Below are positions 20,304 through 30,684 of a DNA stretch of 64,000 nt, piece after piece (the first letter of the stretch is position 1; each line of letters starts with the position of its first letter). The stretch lies in IMG/VR virus record IMGVR_UViG_3300013233_000195, positions 1-64,000 of that record; one strand, 5' to 3'. Source of the DNA: a virus. The notes beneath the pieces were generated by a model. The model was not told the origin of the DNA. It saw only the letters and a list, made by a program, of their open reading frames with translations, and searched no databases. The translations under genes were made by a program, and so were the position numbers.

Positions 20304-20553
20304 CTCAGAAGTGGGAGAGGAAAGCAAGCCCAAGTATGTTCTTGGGCTTGTCTTACTAGAAGGAGGTTCTGTAGAAATACTTCCTCAAATAGAAGTAGGA
20401 GACAGTAAGTTTACATTTAATGTTGAAGATACAGAAGACATTTACAGAGCAAAGGCTCTGATCGCCGCCGTCCAGGAGGCCCTACAGCTCAACACTGTGG
20501 CCGGGCTTGTCGTCGAGGCACTGGGGGGGTTGACAGACGAAATTAGTCCTTGA
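20197..20553 (+). CDS. hypothetical protein
   Basis: ORF track. Confidence 0.55.
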   Translation: METLTVQRTKEHWQKVERQRRIDPLALQDQESLQDNSEVGEESKPKYVLGLVLLEGGSVEILPQIEVGDSKFTFNVEDTEDIYRAKALIAAVQEALQLNTVAGLVVEALGGLTDEISP

Positions 20554-20578
20554 CAGGTGAACGCTGGCGTGGTATAAT
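20550..20578 (+). promoter_or_regulatory. consensus sigma70 promoter
   Basis: TTGACA-17 bp-TATAAT with TG extension; extra GGGGTTGACA 20 bp upstream. Confidence 0.88.
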
Positions 20579-20616
20579 GACGAAGCACGATTGAAGAAAA
20601 CTGAAAGGAGAACATC

Positions 20617-21720
20617 TTGGCAATTGAATGGAGTCCTCAAGAGTATCAACTATTGCTCGACTGTATTGCAAAAAGTGGAAATCTCAGAGAAGCGGCCCAA
20701 CTTCTGGCCGCAGAGGGGTACAATCGAAGTCCTGAAAGTATTCGGGGGGTTTTACGTCGAAGGGCGCTGAATTACTCCCAGTTAAAGAAGTGGTCCTCAG
20801 AGGAAACCACAACCCCCTGTGCCCCCCAATTTGAGCCCAAAACATCGGGGATAGAAACTTGGGAGGACTTTCTTGACACCGCTTCAGAGGTTCAGGTAGA
20901 TCGGAAGTTAGATGAATATGGCACGTTAATTGCCTCAGTTCATATTCCTGCTGAGGCTGCGGCAGTCGTATGGTTGGCCGATCTTCAAGTTGGCTCTCAA
21001 CATACTGATTATGATGCTCTTAGAAAGCATCTTGACTTTATCTTGAAAACACCCGACATCTACGTTGGGCTTACAGGAGACGAATTGGATAACTATGCCA
21101 GATTTCCAAATCCTGAGCCCATTGTAAACCAAGTTTTGCCTCCAAGAGATCAGTATAGGTTCCTGCGCTCTTTGATTAAACACCTATCTGATGAAAAAAA
21201 GCTCATTGCGACCTGCTGGGGTAATCATTTGGATGAGCGGAGCGAGAAGGTTCTCGGGACTTCTCTCCGCGAGTTCCTTACAGAGTCTCAGGAGGCTCCA
21301 CACTTCCGGGGGCAGGGGGTCTTAAGGCTCACTGTAGGAGAAGTAGAATACCTGGGTCTAATCACCCACCGCCCCCGCTACAGTTCTGCTCTGAACCCTA
21401 TTCATGGAGCTATTCGCTTGCGAGATATGATTTTCCCTTATGCAGACTTTGTAGTAACCGCACATAAGCATGTACCCGCAACCATGCAGTTGCCTAAGTC
21501 CAAGATGGCTCTAATGACTGGAGAAACTGATGGGTCGATGTGTACACTAGTCCAGTGTGGAACTTTCCAAGTTGATGATACCTGGTCTGCACGGGGTTTT
21601 GATGTTTCTCATGCTATCATGCCAACAACTGTCTTTAGTGGAAGAGAAAAGAGGGTCTTTGCCCTCTGTGACCACCCACAGTATGCTATTAACTTACTAC
21701 AGAGCATAAAGGAAAGGTAG
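20617..21720 (+). CDS. calcineurin-like metallophosphoesterase with N-terminal HTH-like domain
   Basis: ADLQ, GDELD, GNH, TH, AHKH. Confidence 0.8.
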   Translation: MAIEWSPQEYQLLLDCIAKSGNLREAAQLLAAEGYNRSPESIRGVLRRRALNYSQLKKWSSEETTTPCAPQFEPKTSGIETWEDFLDTASEVQVDRKLDEYGTLIASVHIPAEAAAVVWLADLQVGSQHTDYDALRKHLDFILKTPDIYVGLTGDELDNYARFPNPEPIVNQVLPPRDQYRFLRSLIKHLSDEKKLIATCWGNHLDERSEKVLGTSLREFLTESQEAPHFRGQGVLRLTVGEVEYLGLITHRPRYSSALNPIHGAIRLRDMIFPYADFVVTAHKHVPATMQLPKSKMALMTGETDGSMCTLVQCGTFQVDDTWSARGFDVSHAIMPTTVFSGREKRVFALCDHPQYAINLLQSIKER

Positions 21721-21726
21721 ACAACC

Positions 21727-24700
21727 ATGACCCAGCCATTGTCTCTGGTGTCCTCCCATTTTTGTGAAGAGGGGGGAGTCCTAGACCAACTAACTATAGA
21801 GGAAAAGACTGTCTCGGACGCCATTTTGAAAAACAGTAATGGAGAAGTAATCTTCAGGAAGGATTCAGTCACACACCCGAAGAGTTGGAGTTCTACAGCA
21901 GTCACAACTGCTGCCCACAAGTATTTTTACGATGGGGAGAACTCTGTCTATGACTTGATAGCACGAGTTGTAGACACTATTACTAGGTGGGGTATTGAAG
22001 AGAATTACTTCACTGAAAAAGAAGGCCAGGTATTCCATGATGAGCTAACATACATTCTCTTAACGCAAAGAGCTTCATTCAACTCTCCCGTGTGGTTTAA
22101 TCTAGGCACACCGGAATCACAAGCAATTTCCGCATGCTACATTGAGAATGTGGAAGACAAAATGGAGTCCATTATAGACCTCCAGGCCACAGAGACCAAA
22201 ATCTTCCGAACTGGTGCGGGGGTTGGTGTAAACCTCTCTTCTCTACGAAGCTCCTATGAGCCCATTTCGGGCAGAGGAACCACTTCCAGTGGTCCAGTAG
22301 CATTTATGCGTGGACTGGACGCTTGGGGGGGTGTGATGAAGAGTGGTGGAAAGACTCGTCGGGCGGCTATGATCTTTCTGTTGAATGCAACCCACCCAGA
22401 CATTCTAGAGCTTGAAGACGGTTCAACGGGCTTTGTTGGATTAAAGGGCGAGGAAGAGCGAAAGGCCAAAGCCCTTGCTGAAAGCGGTTGGTCTGCACAA
22501 CTTCATGGAGATATGAAGCGGAAGCTGTTCTTCCAGAATGCAAACAACTCCGTTCGTGTGACGGATGACTTTATGAGTAAGGCATGTGGAGAAGATCCCG
22601 ATCCCAATTACAGTACCCATGATGTTGTTAGTGGGGAGCCTAGACACCTTCTTAATGCTAAGGATGTTCTGATGGCAATTGCCAAGGCTGCCCATGAGTG
22701 TGGTGATCCAGGACTTCAGTTTAACGACACCATTAACATGTGGCACACATGTCCAAATTCTGGTCAAATTGAGGCTACAAATCCTTGCCAACCTGCTTCT
22801 GCTCTTCTACTCACTCCAGATGGATTACGCTCTCTTGGAGACCTTCGCACAGGAGATACTGTTTGGTCGGGCAGTGACTGGACGAAGATTGTTAACAAGG
22901 TAAGCAGGGGAATCAAGCCAGTTTACAAGTATATTACAGATTCTGGTTCCTTTTTGGGAACAAAAGAGCATCATATTGTTTCTAATGGCAAAAAAGTTGA
23001 AGTCCAGAAAGCAGACACTATTGATGTCTGTTGTGGCCCAAATCCCAACGTACCCAAAACATATCTATGGGCACTTCTTAATGGACACCGATTTTCTCGG
23101 CTGGGAGGAGACATCACACCAGCCCTCATTCAGCCCCCCCAAATTCTCTGTTCCTTCTTAAGAGGAATATTCTCTGGTCGGGGCAAGATCAATGAAGGGA
23201 ATGCACAAGTCACTCTTAGACTTAAGGATACAAGTTCCCTAGAGGCAGTTCAGATAGCTTTGTCTTCTGTAGGAATTAGAAGTCAGATACTAGACCAGAA
23301 AAAGGGAGCATCCTTGGTAATTAACGAGGACTTAGAAAAGTTTCAACATTCGGTAGGATTCTTGCTAAGACAATCCGACCTAAATAAGGTGGTAGAAGCC
23401 GCCTCTCATAGGGAGCCTACTTCCTTTGAAACACAGTCTAGAAAGATCATTACTAGTGAATCCTGTGGGGACCAAGAAGTCTTCGATATTGCAGTAGATG
23501 CTCCTGAGCACACTTACTGGACTCAGGGGCTGTTGGTTTCTAATTGCGCGGAATATGTTTTTCTTCCTCATACTTCCTGTAACTTGGCCTCAATTAACTT
23601 GGATAAGTTCTGGGAGCCAAACAATCCCTCTTTCTTGATTGATGACTACACTCATACAATCAGAGTCATGGCAACCGCAATGGATATTCTTATTTCTCGG
23701 GCAGATTATCCAACACCAGAGATTGCTAAGGAAACACGGGAGTATCGAACAATTGGTCTTGGTTTTACAAACTTGGGCACAACTCTACTGGGGCATGGAA
23801 TCCCTTATGACAGCCCCACTGGGAGGCACTTTGCCACAGCTATTGCATCCCTTCTAACTGCGACTGCTTACCGGCAATCTTCCAAAATTGCTGAGAGACT
23901 CTCACCCTTCCCAGCTTTTGAGAAGAATAGAGATACAATGCTAGAGATTATAAAAAGACATGGAGAGTGTGTTTTTGTCTCCGAAACCCCTGTGTGCAAT
24001 GAGATCATGGGCGAAGCGGAGCTATGCTGGCACGCTGTTCTAGCGGAAGGAGCCCAGCATGGTTTTAGAAATGCTCAAGTTAGTGTCGTCGCTCCAACAG
24101 GCACAATCAGTATTCTAATGGATTGTGACTCTACAGGCATTGAGCCCATGTTCCAGATCAACCCAGTAAAAACAATGATTGACGGGGGACAGCTTACCTA
24201 TCAGATGAAGGCGGTACAAAGGGCTCTGGAAACTCTGGGGTATGATAACACAGAAGAGATCATGCAAGAGATCCAAGCCGGGAAGATGGATAAGCTACAC
24301 CATGAAGACCTAGCCGTCTTCGACTGTGCTCTTCCAGCAACGCCAGGGGGTCGTTGCCTGACTCCTGACGCCCATCTCAAGATGATGGAGGCTGTTCAGC
24401 CCTTTATCAGTGGTGCTATTTCAAAGACAGTAAACGTCCCCGCAGAAGCTACTGTAGAAGATGTCTTTCAACTCTATATTTCTGCCTGGAGGATGGAGTT
24501 GAAGAGCGTTGCCATCTATCGAGATGGGAGTAAAGATGATCAGCCCCTCCGCTCAGGTCAGCAACTCGGAAAGACAAAGAGTGGGAGACGAAGGTTGCCC
24601 AGTGAACGGAGTTCTATCACCCATAAGTTCTCCGTGGGAGGCTTGAAGGGATATGTTGTCGTGGGTCTTTTTGAAGATGGAACTCCTGGAGAACTATTTG

Positions 24701-25065
24701 TAACGGCCTCAGAACAAGGCTCCGTTATTCAGGGCCTGATGGACGCTTTTGCAACTTCGTTCTCTTTGAACCTCCAATATGGTGTTCCTTTGGATGCTCT
24801 CATTCGGAAGTTCCGAAATGCTGCTTTTGAGCCTTCTGGATTCACTGGAAATCCAGATATTCCAACAGCGCGCTCTCTTGTGGCATACATTGTCCGATGG
24901 CTGGATCACAAGTTTGCTCAAAAGGATGCGGAGGGCAACAACCAGAAAATCGAAGAAGTTCCCTTCAAAACCTGCTTGGAGTGTGGTAGTATGATGAAGC
25001 CATCTGGAGGCTTCAACTGTTATGTTTGCCCCAACTGTGCATCAAGCGAAGGAGTTTGTGGATGA
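21727..25065 (+). CDS. nrdJ: class II (adenosylcobalamin-dependent) ribonucleotide reductase containing an intein
   Basis: FNSPVWFN, SACY, GGKTRRAA, NPC..(intein)..CAEY, SCNLASIN, APTGTIS, AISKTVN, YRDGSK; C-terminal zinc ribbon. Confidence 0.93.
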   Translation: MTQPLSLVSSHFCEEGGVLDQLTIEEKTVSDAILKNSNGEVIFRKDSVTHPKSWSSTAVTTAAHKYFYDGENSVYDLIARVVDTITRWGIEENYFTEKEGQVFHDELTYILLTQRASFNSPVWFNLGTPESQAISACYIENVEDKMESIIDLQATETKIFRTGAGVGVNLSSLRSSYEPISGRGTTSSGPVAFMRGLDAWGGVMKSGGKTRRAAMIFLLNATHPDILELEDGSTGFVGLKGEEERKAKALAESGWSAQLHGDMKRKLFFQNANNSVRVTDDFMSKACGEDPDPNYSTHDVVSGEPRHLLNAKDVLMAIAKAAHECGDPGLQFNDTINMWHTCPNSGQIEATNPCQPASALLLTPDGLRSLGDLRTGDTVWSGSDWTKIVNKVSRGIKPVYKYITDSGSFLGTKEHHIVSNGKKVEVQKADTIDVCCGPNPNVPKTYLWALLNGHRFSRLGGDITPALIQPPQILCSFLRGIFSGRGKINEGNAQVTLRLKDTSSLEAVQIALSSVGIRSQILDQKKGASLVINEDLEKFQHSVGFLLRQSDLNKVVEAASHREPTSFETQSRKIITSESCGDQEVFDIAVDAPEHTYWTQGLLVSNCAEYVFLPHTSCNLASINLDKFWEPNNPSFLIDDYTHTIRVMATAMDILISRADYPTPEIAKETREYRTIGLGFTNLGTTLLGHGIPYDSPTGRHFATAIASLLTATAYRQSSKIAERLSPFPAFEKNRDTMLEIIKRHGECVFVSETPVCNEIMGEAELCWHAVLAEGAQHGFRNAQVSVVAPTGTISILMDCDSTGIEPMFQINPVKTMIDGGQLTYQMKAVQRALETLGYDNTEEIMQEIQAGKMDKLHHEDLAVFDCALPATPGGRCLTPDAHLKMMEAVQPFISGAISKTVNVPAEATVEDVFQLYISAWRMELKSVAIYRDGSKDDQPLRSGQQLGKTKSGRRRLPSERSSITHKFSVGGLKGYVVVGLFEDGTPGELFVTASEQGSVIQGLMDAFATSFSLNLQYGVPLDALIRKFRNAAFEPSGFTGNPDIPTARSLVAYIVRWLDHKFAQKDAEGNNQKIEEVPFKTCLECGSMMKPSGGFNCYVCPNCASSEGVCG
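22786..23544 (+). mobile_element. intein (253 aa) with degenerate LAGLIDADG-like domain
   Basis: Begins with C after NP, has TKEH block B and FLRGIFSGRG, ends VFDIAV...LLVSN followed by C. Confidence 0.9.
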
Positions 25066-25220
25066 TGGGCAAAACCTATCGTGTTAGACGGCCCAAGAGG
25101 CACTACAAAGAAGTTCATTCTGAAGACCCCAAACTTGCGCGTAGAAAGAGAGCATACAAGCGACGGAAAGACTGGAAGAAATTTGACAATGAGGAGGAGC
25201 TAGATGATTCAACATATTGA
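25026..25220 (+). CDS. small basic hypothetical protein
   Basis: Probable start near 25063; K/R rich. Confidence 0.5.
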   Translation: MPQLCIKRRSLWMMGKTYRVRRPKRHYKEVHSEDPKLARRKRAYKRRKDWKKFDNEEELDDSTY

Positions 25221-26013
25221 GGGTAACGGGGAGATGGAACCTCTTTCTAGTAGTGTTCCTGGGGTTCGATTCCCCAACAACCCCTTGGAGAGACAAATTA
25301 TTCTCCTCGGGCCTATTACAGACCGAGAAGTAGCGGTTGTGCTAGAGGGGCTGTTCACTTATGAAGCACAAGATCCTATGGCAGATGTAAGCCTGTACAT
25401 CAGCTCTCCTGGTGGAGACCTCTATGGAGCTGTAGCAATTATTGATGCTATGGAGGGCCTGATCTGTGACGTAAGAACTTATGGGTTGGGTATGGTGGGC
25501 TCTGCCGCAGCAGTCATCTTCTCCTGTGGTTGTCTAGGTAAACGAACCCTCTTTCAAAATTGTCAGATGATGCTTCATCAATCACAGGCGGGTGTAGTTG
25601 GTGATCCTTCAAATGTGATGAACGCTGCTAAACAGATTCAGCATATACAAGATCGTATGTTTGAGATGCTAGGAGCACACTCAAATTATGATGCCTCTTG
25701 GTGGAAACAGCGATTAGAGACAGAGGGGCAAGATCTATATTTGTCATCAGAACAAGCGCTAGAACATGGAGTAGCTGATGAAGTACGGTCTCATAGGAAT
25801 CTATTGGATTTGCAACCGAGAAAGATTCTAACTTCGTACCCAACAAAGACTCTTGGACTTCCAAAGACACCTCTGCTCGGTAGATACCGAATGGAAGCTG
25901 AAGAAGGATCGAAACTACTAGAGCCTCTCAGAGAGAAGATTCGCAAGGATCTGCTCGGACCTGAGAAGGGGGTGAAGGAAGGAGAATTAGAGGAAGAAGA
26001 TAAGGAGGAGTAG
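25204..26013 (+). CDS. clpP: ClpP-like serine protease
   Basis: YISSPGG, GSAAA, MLHQ, DLYLS..A...G. Confidence 0.88.
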   Translation: MIQHIEGNGEMEPLSSSVPGVRFPNNPLERQIILLGPITDREVAVVLEGLFTYEAQDPMADVSLYISSPGGDLYGAVAIIDAMEGLICDVRTYGLGMVGSAAAVIFSCGCLGKRTLFQNCQMMLHQSQAGVVGDPSNVMNAAKQIQHIQDRMFEMLGAHSNYDASWWKQRLETEGQDLYLSSEQALEHGVADEVRSHRNLLDLQPRKILTSYPTKTLGLPKTPLLGRYRMEAEEGSKLLEPLREKIRKDLLGPEKGVKEGELEEEDKEE

Positions 26014-26014
26014 G

Positions 26015-26299
26015 ATGCCACAGTACAACTATCAGTGTCAACAAGAGCACTTGACAACTCGAATATACCCAATGAGTAAAATCCGTCAATGGATTAAATG
26101 TCCCCAATGTGGAAAGCGGGCTAACAAGATTATCAGCATCCCTTCGGGAATCATCTTCAAGGGGGTAGGCTTCCCTGGCAATGATATGAAAAAGGAAAAG
26201 ATTAGCAAAAAAGAAGACCTAGAGGAGCATGTTCAGAAGATCAAGGAAGAGGAACGGAAAACAAGAAAAGAAGGTTGGATGAAAGCTGCTGACGAGTAA
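26015..26299 (+). CDS. FmdB-like zinc-ribbon protein
   Basis: MPQYNYQC...CPQCG...FKGVGF. Confidence 0.8.
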   Translation: MPQYNYQCQQEHLTTRIYPMSKIRQWIKCPQCGKRANKIISIPSGIIFKGVGFPGNDMKKEKISKKEDLEEHVQKIKEEERKTRKEGWMKAADE

Positions 26300-26317
26300 A
26301 CTACCCGGAGAGGAAAG

Positions 26318-27205
26318 ATGAATCAAAATCTAAAAAGTTTCTATGATTATCCCCAACCAGTTCTAGACGATGGTTGGGTAAAGCTCATTGACATTATGGG
26401 AGATGATAAGGCAATAGAAGATTCGGCCAGAATTAGCTATGGTGGTAAAAAAGGAAATCACCTCCGAACCGAGCTTGACAGAGAGCGCCTTATCCGATAC
26501 ATGATGAGACACCACCACGGAACTCCCTTTGAAATGTGTGAGATCAAGTTAGCTATTCGGGTTCCCTTGTATGTTTGGCAACAGTGGCTTAGGCATAGGA
26601 CGGCAAGCATCAACCAACGGAGTACACGATACTCTGAGTCTTTTTCGACTTGCCACAGGTATACATCTTCTGAGTGGAGAGGCCGAAGTGACTCCAACAA
26701 ACAGGGTAGCGGAGAGTTTCTTCCAGAGACAGTCGGAAGGGATCTCAGCAAGGAACAAGACGAAATTCAGACTCTTGCTCAAGAGGTCTATAATCGTCGG
26801 CTTCTGCGAGGAGTTTCAAAGGAGCAGGCTAGGGTTGATTTGCCACACTCAACCTACACAGAAGCATTTTGGAAGATTGACTTGCGAAACCTACTCCACT
26901 TCCTTGAGTTGCGATTAGATGAACATGCACAATGGGAAATTCGAGAGTATGCACATGCTATTGCGGAGATTGTGAAGATGTGGGTGCCCATGACCTGGCG
27001 AGCTTTCCAAGATTACCGTCTAAACTCCCTGACTCTCAGTGGTCCTGAGATTGAACTCCTAGCCGATCTTCTTGCAAACCCATTAATTAGCGATGGATAC
27101 TTTTATGATCGGGAAGAGATTCTCAGGAGAGTAGGACAGGGATTGGTCTTCTCAAGTGAAGGCAAAGAGTTTCAGAGAAAGCTAGAAAGGTTACGACTCC
27201 TATGA
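26318..27205 (+). CDS. thyX: flavin-dependent thymidylate synthase
   Basis: HGTPFE, RHRTASINQRSTRY, EQAR, LRLDEHAQWEIR. Confidence 0.95.
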   Translation: MNQNLKSFYDYPQPVLDDGWVKLIDIMGDDKAIEDSARISYGGKKGNHLRTELDRERLIRYMMRHHHGTPFEMCEIKLAIRVPLYVWQQWLRHRTASINQRSTRYSESFSTCHRYTSSEWRGRSDSNKQGSGEFLPETVGRDLSKEQDEIQTLAQEVYNRRLLRGVSKEQARVDLPHSTYTEAFWKIDLRNLLHFLELRLDEHAQWEIREYAHAIAEIVKMWVPMTWRAFQDYRLNSLTLSGPEIELLADLLANPLISDGYFYDREEILRRVGQGLVFSSEGKEFQRKLERLRLL

Positions 27206-28353
27206 GAATCTTACATGTTCAGGCCAATCCTGAGATTCGCCTCTCCCGAGAAGCCTGGTGTCTTCGTCAGAAGGGGCACACTGTAGACTTGTTGCATACT
27301 AGTGGGGAGGACTTACATCTTAACTACCCTCCTGCGGAGCCGCTTGAGCAATGTTACAATGAAATCTATGGGCTCACAACCTTTCAAGACTTTTGGGAGC
27401 TAGCAAGTGGCTATGATGTTGTTCACAGTCATAGCCCGCCCGAGGCCACAACTTTTATGTGCCTTCCTCTCAAGGTTCCTGTAGTCCATGACATCCACGA
27501 CTCATGCTCAGAGATCGGATGGGGAAGTCCAAACATTGAAAAGATTGACCTCAACCTATGCGATGGGGTTGTTTATGTAAGTAGTGGGCAAATTCAACAG
27601 ATTTGGAATAAGCATAGGTTTTGGCCCACAAATAGTTGTATACTTCCAAACTATCCCCATCAGCTTGATGAGGAGTGGAAATTAGAGCCTCCTGTAAAAT
27701 ACTCCAGTCTTGATGGACAGACTCACTTGGTATTTCAAGGTATGATTGCTTCTCCCGGTGTGGGAAGCCACCGAGACGTGACAGCATACCTAATTGGATT
27801 AGCTAGCCGAGGTATCCATGTTCATATCTACCCCATTTTAATGACTACTTTTTGGCTAGAACTAGGACAGTATATATCAACAATACACATACATGACAAG
27901 GTAGATCCAACAAAGCTAACTTGGGAACTCGCGCAGTATGATGCGGGCTTGGTTCTTTTCCGTATTGATGACCTGAAAGAGTTGCCTGTGCTGGATTCGA
28001 TGTTGCCAAATAAACTCTTTGAATATGAGATGGCTGGCTTGCCAGTTCTTTATCCAAATTGTAGGGCGATGAGATTCTACATTCGAGAAAGAGCAGTAGG
28101 ACTTTCTTATGATGACTATGATGATATTGCATTCTTGGCTAGAGAAGTGCCGAAGATCAAAGTAACATCTAAGCCACCACAGATGATAGATTGGATATTC
28201 AAAGTTGAGGAACTGTATGAAAGAGCAATAGAAAGATTCAAGGTTACAAAGCGTCAGCGAAGTTCTCCTTCGGGAGATTATATCAAGGGATGGCTTATGG
28301 GCCATGAAAAGGAGTTTCTCGAAAATGACCAAGTTTCAGGTTTCGCTGGCTGA
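27202..28353 (+). CDS. GT-B (GT4-like) glycosyltransferase
   Basis: GHTVD, DVVHSH, VHDIHD, PNKLFEYEMAGLPV. Confidence 0.8.
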   Translation: MRILHVQANPEIRLSREAWCLRQKGHTVDLLHTSGEDLHLNYPPAEPLEQCYNEIYGLTTFQDFWELASGYDVVHSHSPPEATTFMCLPLKVPVVHDIHDSCSEIGWGSPNIEKIDLNLCDGVVYVSSGQIQQIWNKHRFWPTNSCILPNYPHQLDEEWKLEPPVKYSSLDGQTHLVFQGMIASPGVGSHRDVTAYLIGLASRGIHVHIYPILMTTFWLELGQYISTIHIHDKVDPTKLTWELAQYDAGLVLFRIDDLKELPVLDSMLPNKLFEYEMAGLPVLYPNCRAMRFYIRERAVGLSYDDYDDIAFLAREVPKIKVTSKPPQMIDWIFKVEELYERAIERFKVTKRQRSSPSGDYIKGWLMGHEKEFLENDQVSGFAG

Positions 28354-29389
28354 GGAGGAAGCGCTCACATTCGATGACGTGTCCTTGGTGCCAAAGTATT
28401 CTACTCTGAACTCTCGATCAGATGCAGATTGTAGTTCTTTTCTGTTCAATAGACGCTCAGAGGACCGATCACATGCTTGGGACAACCCACAGGTTTTCCT
28501 ACCTACTCCCCTGATTCCAGCAAACATGACTACAATCACTGGGAGGGAGATGGTTAAGGAGATTCAGCAGAAGGGATCTGTTGCGATTCTTCCTCGACAG
28601 AGAGAGGACTTCCAATGGAAAACTGCCTTAGAGGGGTTGCCCTTTGCTTATGTAGGAGCAACCTTTGGAATCCACACGCCTCTTGAAGACTTGCCGCGAC
28701 TTCCTCAGATCATCTTCTATGTTTTGGAGCTTGCTCATGCGGATCTTGCTCTAGCAGAGAAGAAAATCCGAGAGTTTAAGGCTCAATCTGAGTATCTATT
28801 AATGGTCGGAAACATTGTTACTGATGATGCTGCAAACCGTTTGATCTCAGCAGGAGCAGACGCTGTGAAAGTGGGCATTGGTGGCGGTAGTGTGTGTACA
28901 ACACGACTAGTAAGTGGTGTTGGCGTACCACAGTTCACCGCTCTTAAGAATGTCTGTGAGTTTGTTCGTAGCTGCTATCCCAATGTAACCGTCATTTCAG
29001 ATGGTGGGATAAGGCACCTCGGCGACATCGTAAAAGCCCTAGCTTGTGGAGCAGATGCTGTAATGAGTGGCTATCTGTTTGCTGGAACGAAGGAAGCCGC
29101 AGCACCAACAGTCTCCCTACCAGATGGAAGTCTAGTAAAGAACTATGCAGGTGAAGCCTCAGCTCAAATCAAGCGAAACAATGGAGACTCTACGCTACCC
29201 GAAGGAGTCTCGCAGGGAGTCCCCTACAGTGGCGAGGGGGTCGGGGACGTTCTGTGGCGAGTACACAGAGCTATCCAAACAGGCATGGCCTACTGTGGAG
29301 CAAAGTCCTTGACAGAACTGCGAAAGTGTGCTACATTTGTACGAGTGAGCCGGGCGGCTCAGAGGGAGGCCAGGCCCCATGTCTTTTGA
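28304..29389 (+). CDS. IMP dehydrogenase / GMP reductase family protein lacking CBS domains
   Basis: LTFDDV, KVGIGGGSVCTTR, DGGIRHLGD, GADAVM, PEGV. Confidence 0.9.
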   Translation: MKRSFSKMTKFQVSLAEEEALTFDDVSLVPKYSTLNSRSDADCSSFLFNRRSEDRSHAWDNPQVFLPTPLIPANMTTITGREMVKEIQQKGSVAILPRQREDFQWKTALEGLPFAYVGATFGIHTPLEDLPRLPQIIFYVLELAHADLALAEKKIREFKAQSEYLLMVGNIVTDDAANRLISAGADAVKVGIGGGSVCTTRLVSGVGVPQFTALKNVCEFVRSCYPNVTVISDGGIRHLGDIVKALACGADAVMSGYLFAGTKEAAAPTVSLPDGSLVKNYAGEASAQIKRNNGDSTLPEGVSQGVPYSGEGVGDVLWRVHRAIQTGMAYCGAKSLTELRKCATFVRVSRAAQREARPHVF

Positions 29390-29789
29390 TCTTCAACTAG
29401 CAGCTAATTCAGATCATCAGAAAACAGAGATAAACCACCAAACAGATGCTCTATTACCTAACTACCTGAAAATAGGAGATTCAACAAATGAAGAAGAGAT
29501 AAAAAAGATCCTCCAAGTGTGGGTTCTTTCCTCTGGTATGGGAAAGAGAACTATTAGACTAGCTAGAAAGACAGCTAAAAGAAAGAAGTCAAAGAGAGTA
29601 TCAACAAGACATGCTGTTTCAGAACTAGTAGACTTTATTCTACTTGCTCTGCAAAAGGGAAGATTTCAGCTTTCAATTGTCACTGCTGGAGAGGATTCCT
29701 ATGTACGCATTGTCCCCAGCAAAAAAGAGAAGGTTAGAACCCCTCTAGGTCCTATTAACGAATATGAGGAGAAATCAAATGAAAGTTAG
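29379..29789 (+). CDS. hypothetical protein
   Basis: ORF track, operon-like packing. Confidence 0.6.
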   Translation: MSFDLQLAANSDHQKTEINHQTDALLPNYLKIGDSTNEEEIKKILQVWVLSSGMGKRTIRLARKTAKRKKSKRVSTRHAVSELVDFILLALQKGRFQLSIVTAGEDSYVRIVPSKKEKVRTPLGPINEYEEKSNES

Positions 29790-30141
29790 AAACATTGACA
29801 AGAAAGATGTACTAACGCTTGGATGGGCAATGAATCACATGCTGCCCGAAGAAACAAATGAGCTAATTAATATCGCCATTCTACCGGAGATTATGAAGTC
29901 TTGGACGCTAAAGCGCGTAGAGGAAACATTTGGGGTAGACTTCTTTCTTGTAAAGAAGAACAGCAGTCCAACCCATACCGTTTCCTCCCCACAAGGTGAC
30001 AAGCTCATCCCTCAGACGAGAGTTAACTGGCAACTATCTGGTACAACGGCAGAGGAAGAGGAGCAATTAAAGGTTAAGTCCAGGAGTGTGTATGATGAAA
30101 AGGGAAACGCTGTACAAGAGTCTTCTAAAGAAGAGAAGTAA
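29764..30141 (+). CDS. hypothetical protein
   Basis: ORF track. Confidence 0.6.
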   Translation: MRRNQMKVRNIDKKDVLTLGWAMNHMLPEETNELINIAILPEIMKSWTLKRVEETFGVDFFLVKKNSSPTHTVSSPQGDKLIPQTRVNWQLSGTTAEEEEQLKVKSRSVYDEKGNAVQESSKEEK

Positions 30142-30412
30142 TCGCTTTCTTCTACGGGAGTATGCCCGCATGTTTCGACAGGAGGAAAATACTGTATTCT
30201 CTGAAGCAAAAAGGGCAAAGGCAAAGGTGCGCCGTCAACTCTTGTGGGCAGAACTGCGAGATCGGCGCATCAATAGAACGGGGAGAACACTTGTGCAGCT
30301 TTCAAGGCGGGTGCTCTCTCCCGAAGGACAAAAGAATGTAGCAGGTAGCAGACCAAATCCCGCTTACCTGCTCGAAGTTTGGAACTCTTACTGTAGCCCG
30401 GAGGATTTCTAA
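30086..30412 (+). CDS. hypothetical protein
   Basis: ORF track. Confidence 0.5.
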   Translation: MCMMKRETLYKSLLKKRSNRFLLREYARMFRQEENTVFSEAKRAKAKVRRQLLWAELRDRRINRTGRTLVQLSRRVLSPEGQKNVAGSRPNPAYLLEVWNSYCSPEDF

Positions 30413-30684
30413 TGAGTGAACAAGTTACACTAATCATCCCAAATCATCCTAGTGACACCTACATTACCGTTCATCGAAAGAGAACAATTCAGCCAAAACC
30501 TTTCTTTTCTGAAACCTTTGGTTTAGACGTTCTAAAGCCGGTTGTTTGTCAAGAGGATGAAGATGCTCGGACAGCCACAATTCGCACTGTGAAAGAGGCT
30601 ACGGAGTTGGTGGAGAGTTATCTAGACCACACAGAGAAGGAAATCAAAGAGCTTTATGGAGAGCCAAACTATGATTCTGAATGA
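30412..30684 (+). CDS. hypothetical protein
   Basis: ORF track, GGAGG RBS. Confidence 0.65.
   Translation: MSEQVTLIIPNHPSDTYITVHRKRTIQPKPFFSETFGLDVLKPVVCQEDEDARTATIRTVKEATELVESYLDHTEKEIKELYGEPNYDSE

Noticed and set aside
20919-20933. Additional sigma54-like box TGGCACGTTAATTGC
   Set aside because: It is inside a CDS, has a different core from the seven identical boxes, and is plausible by chance
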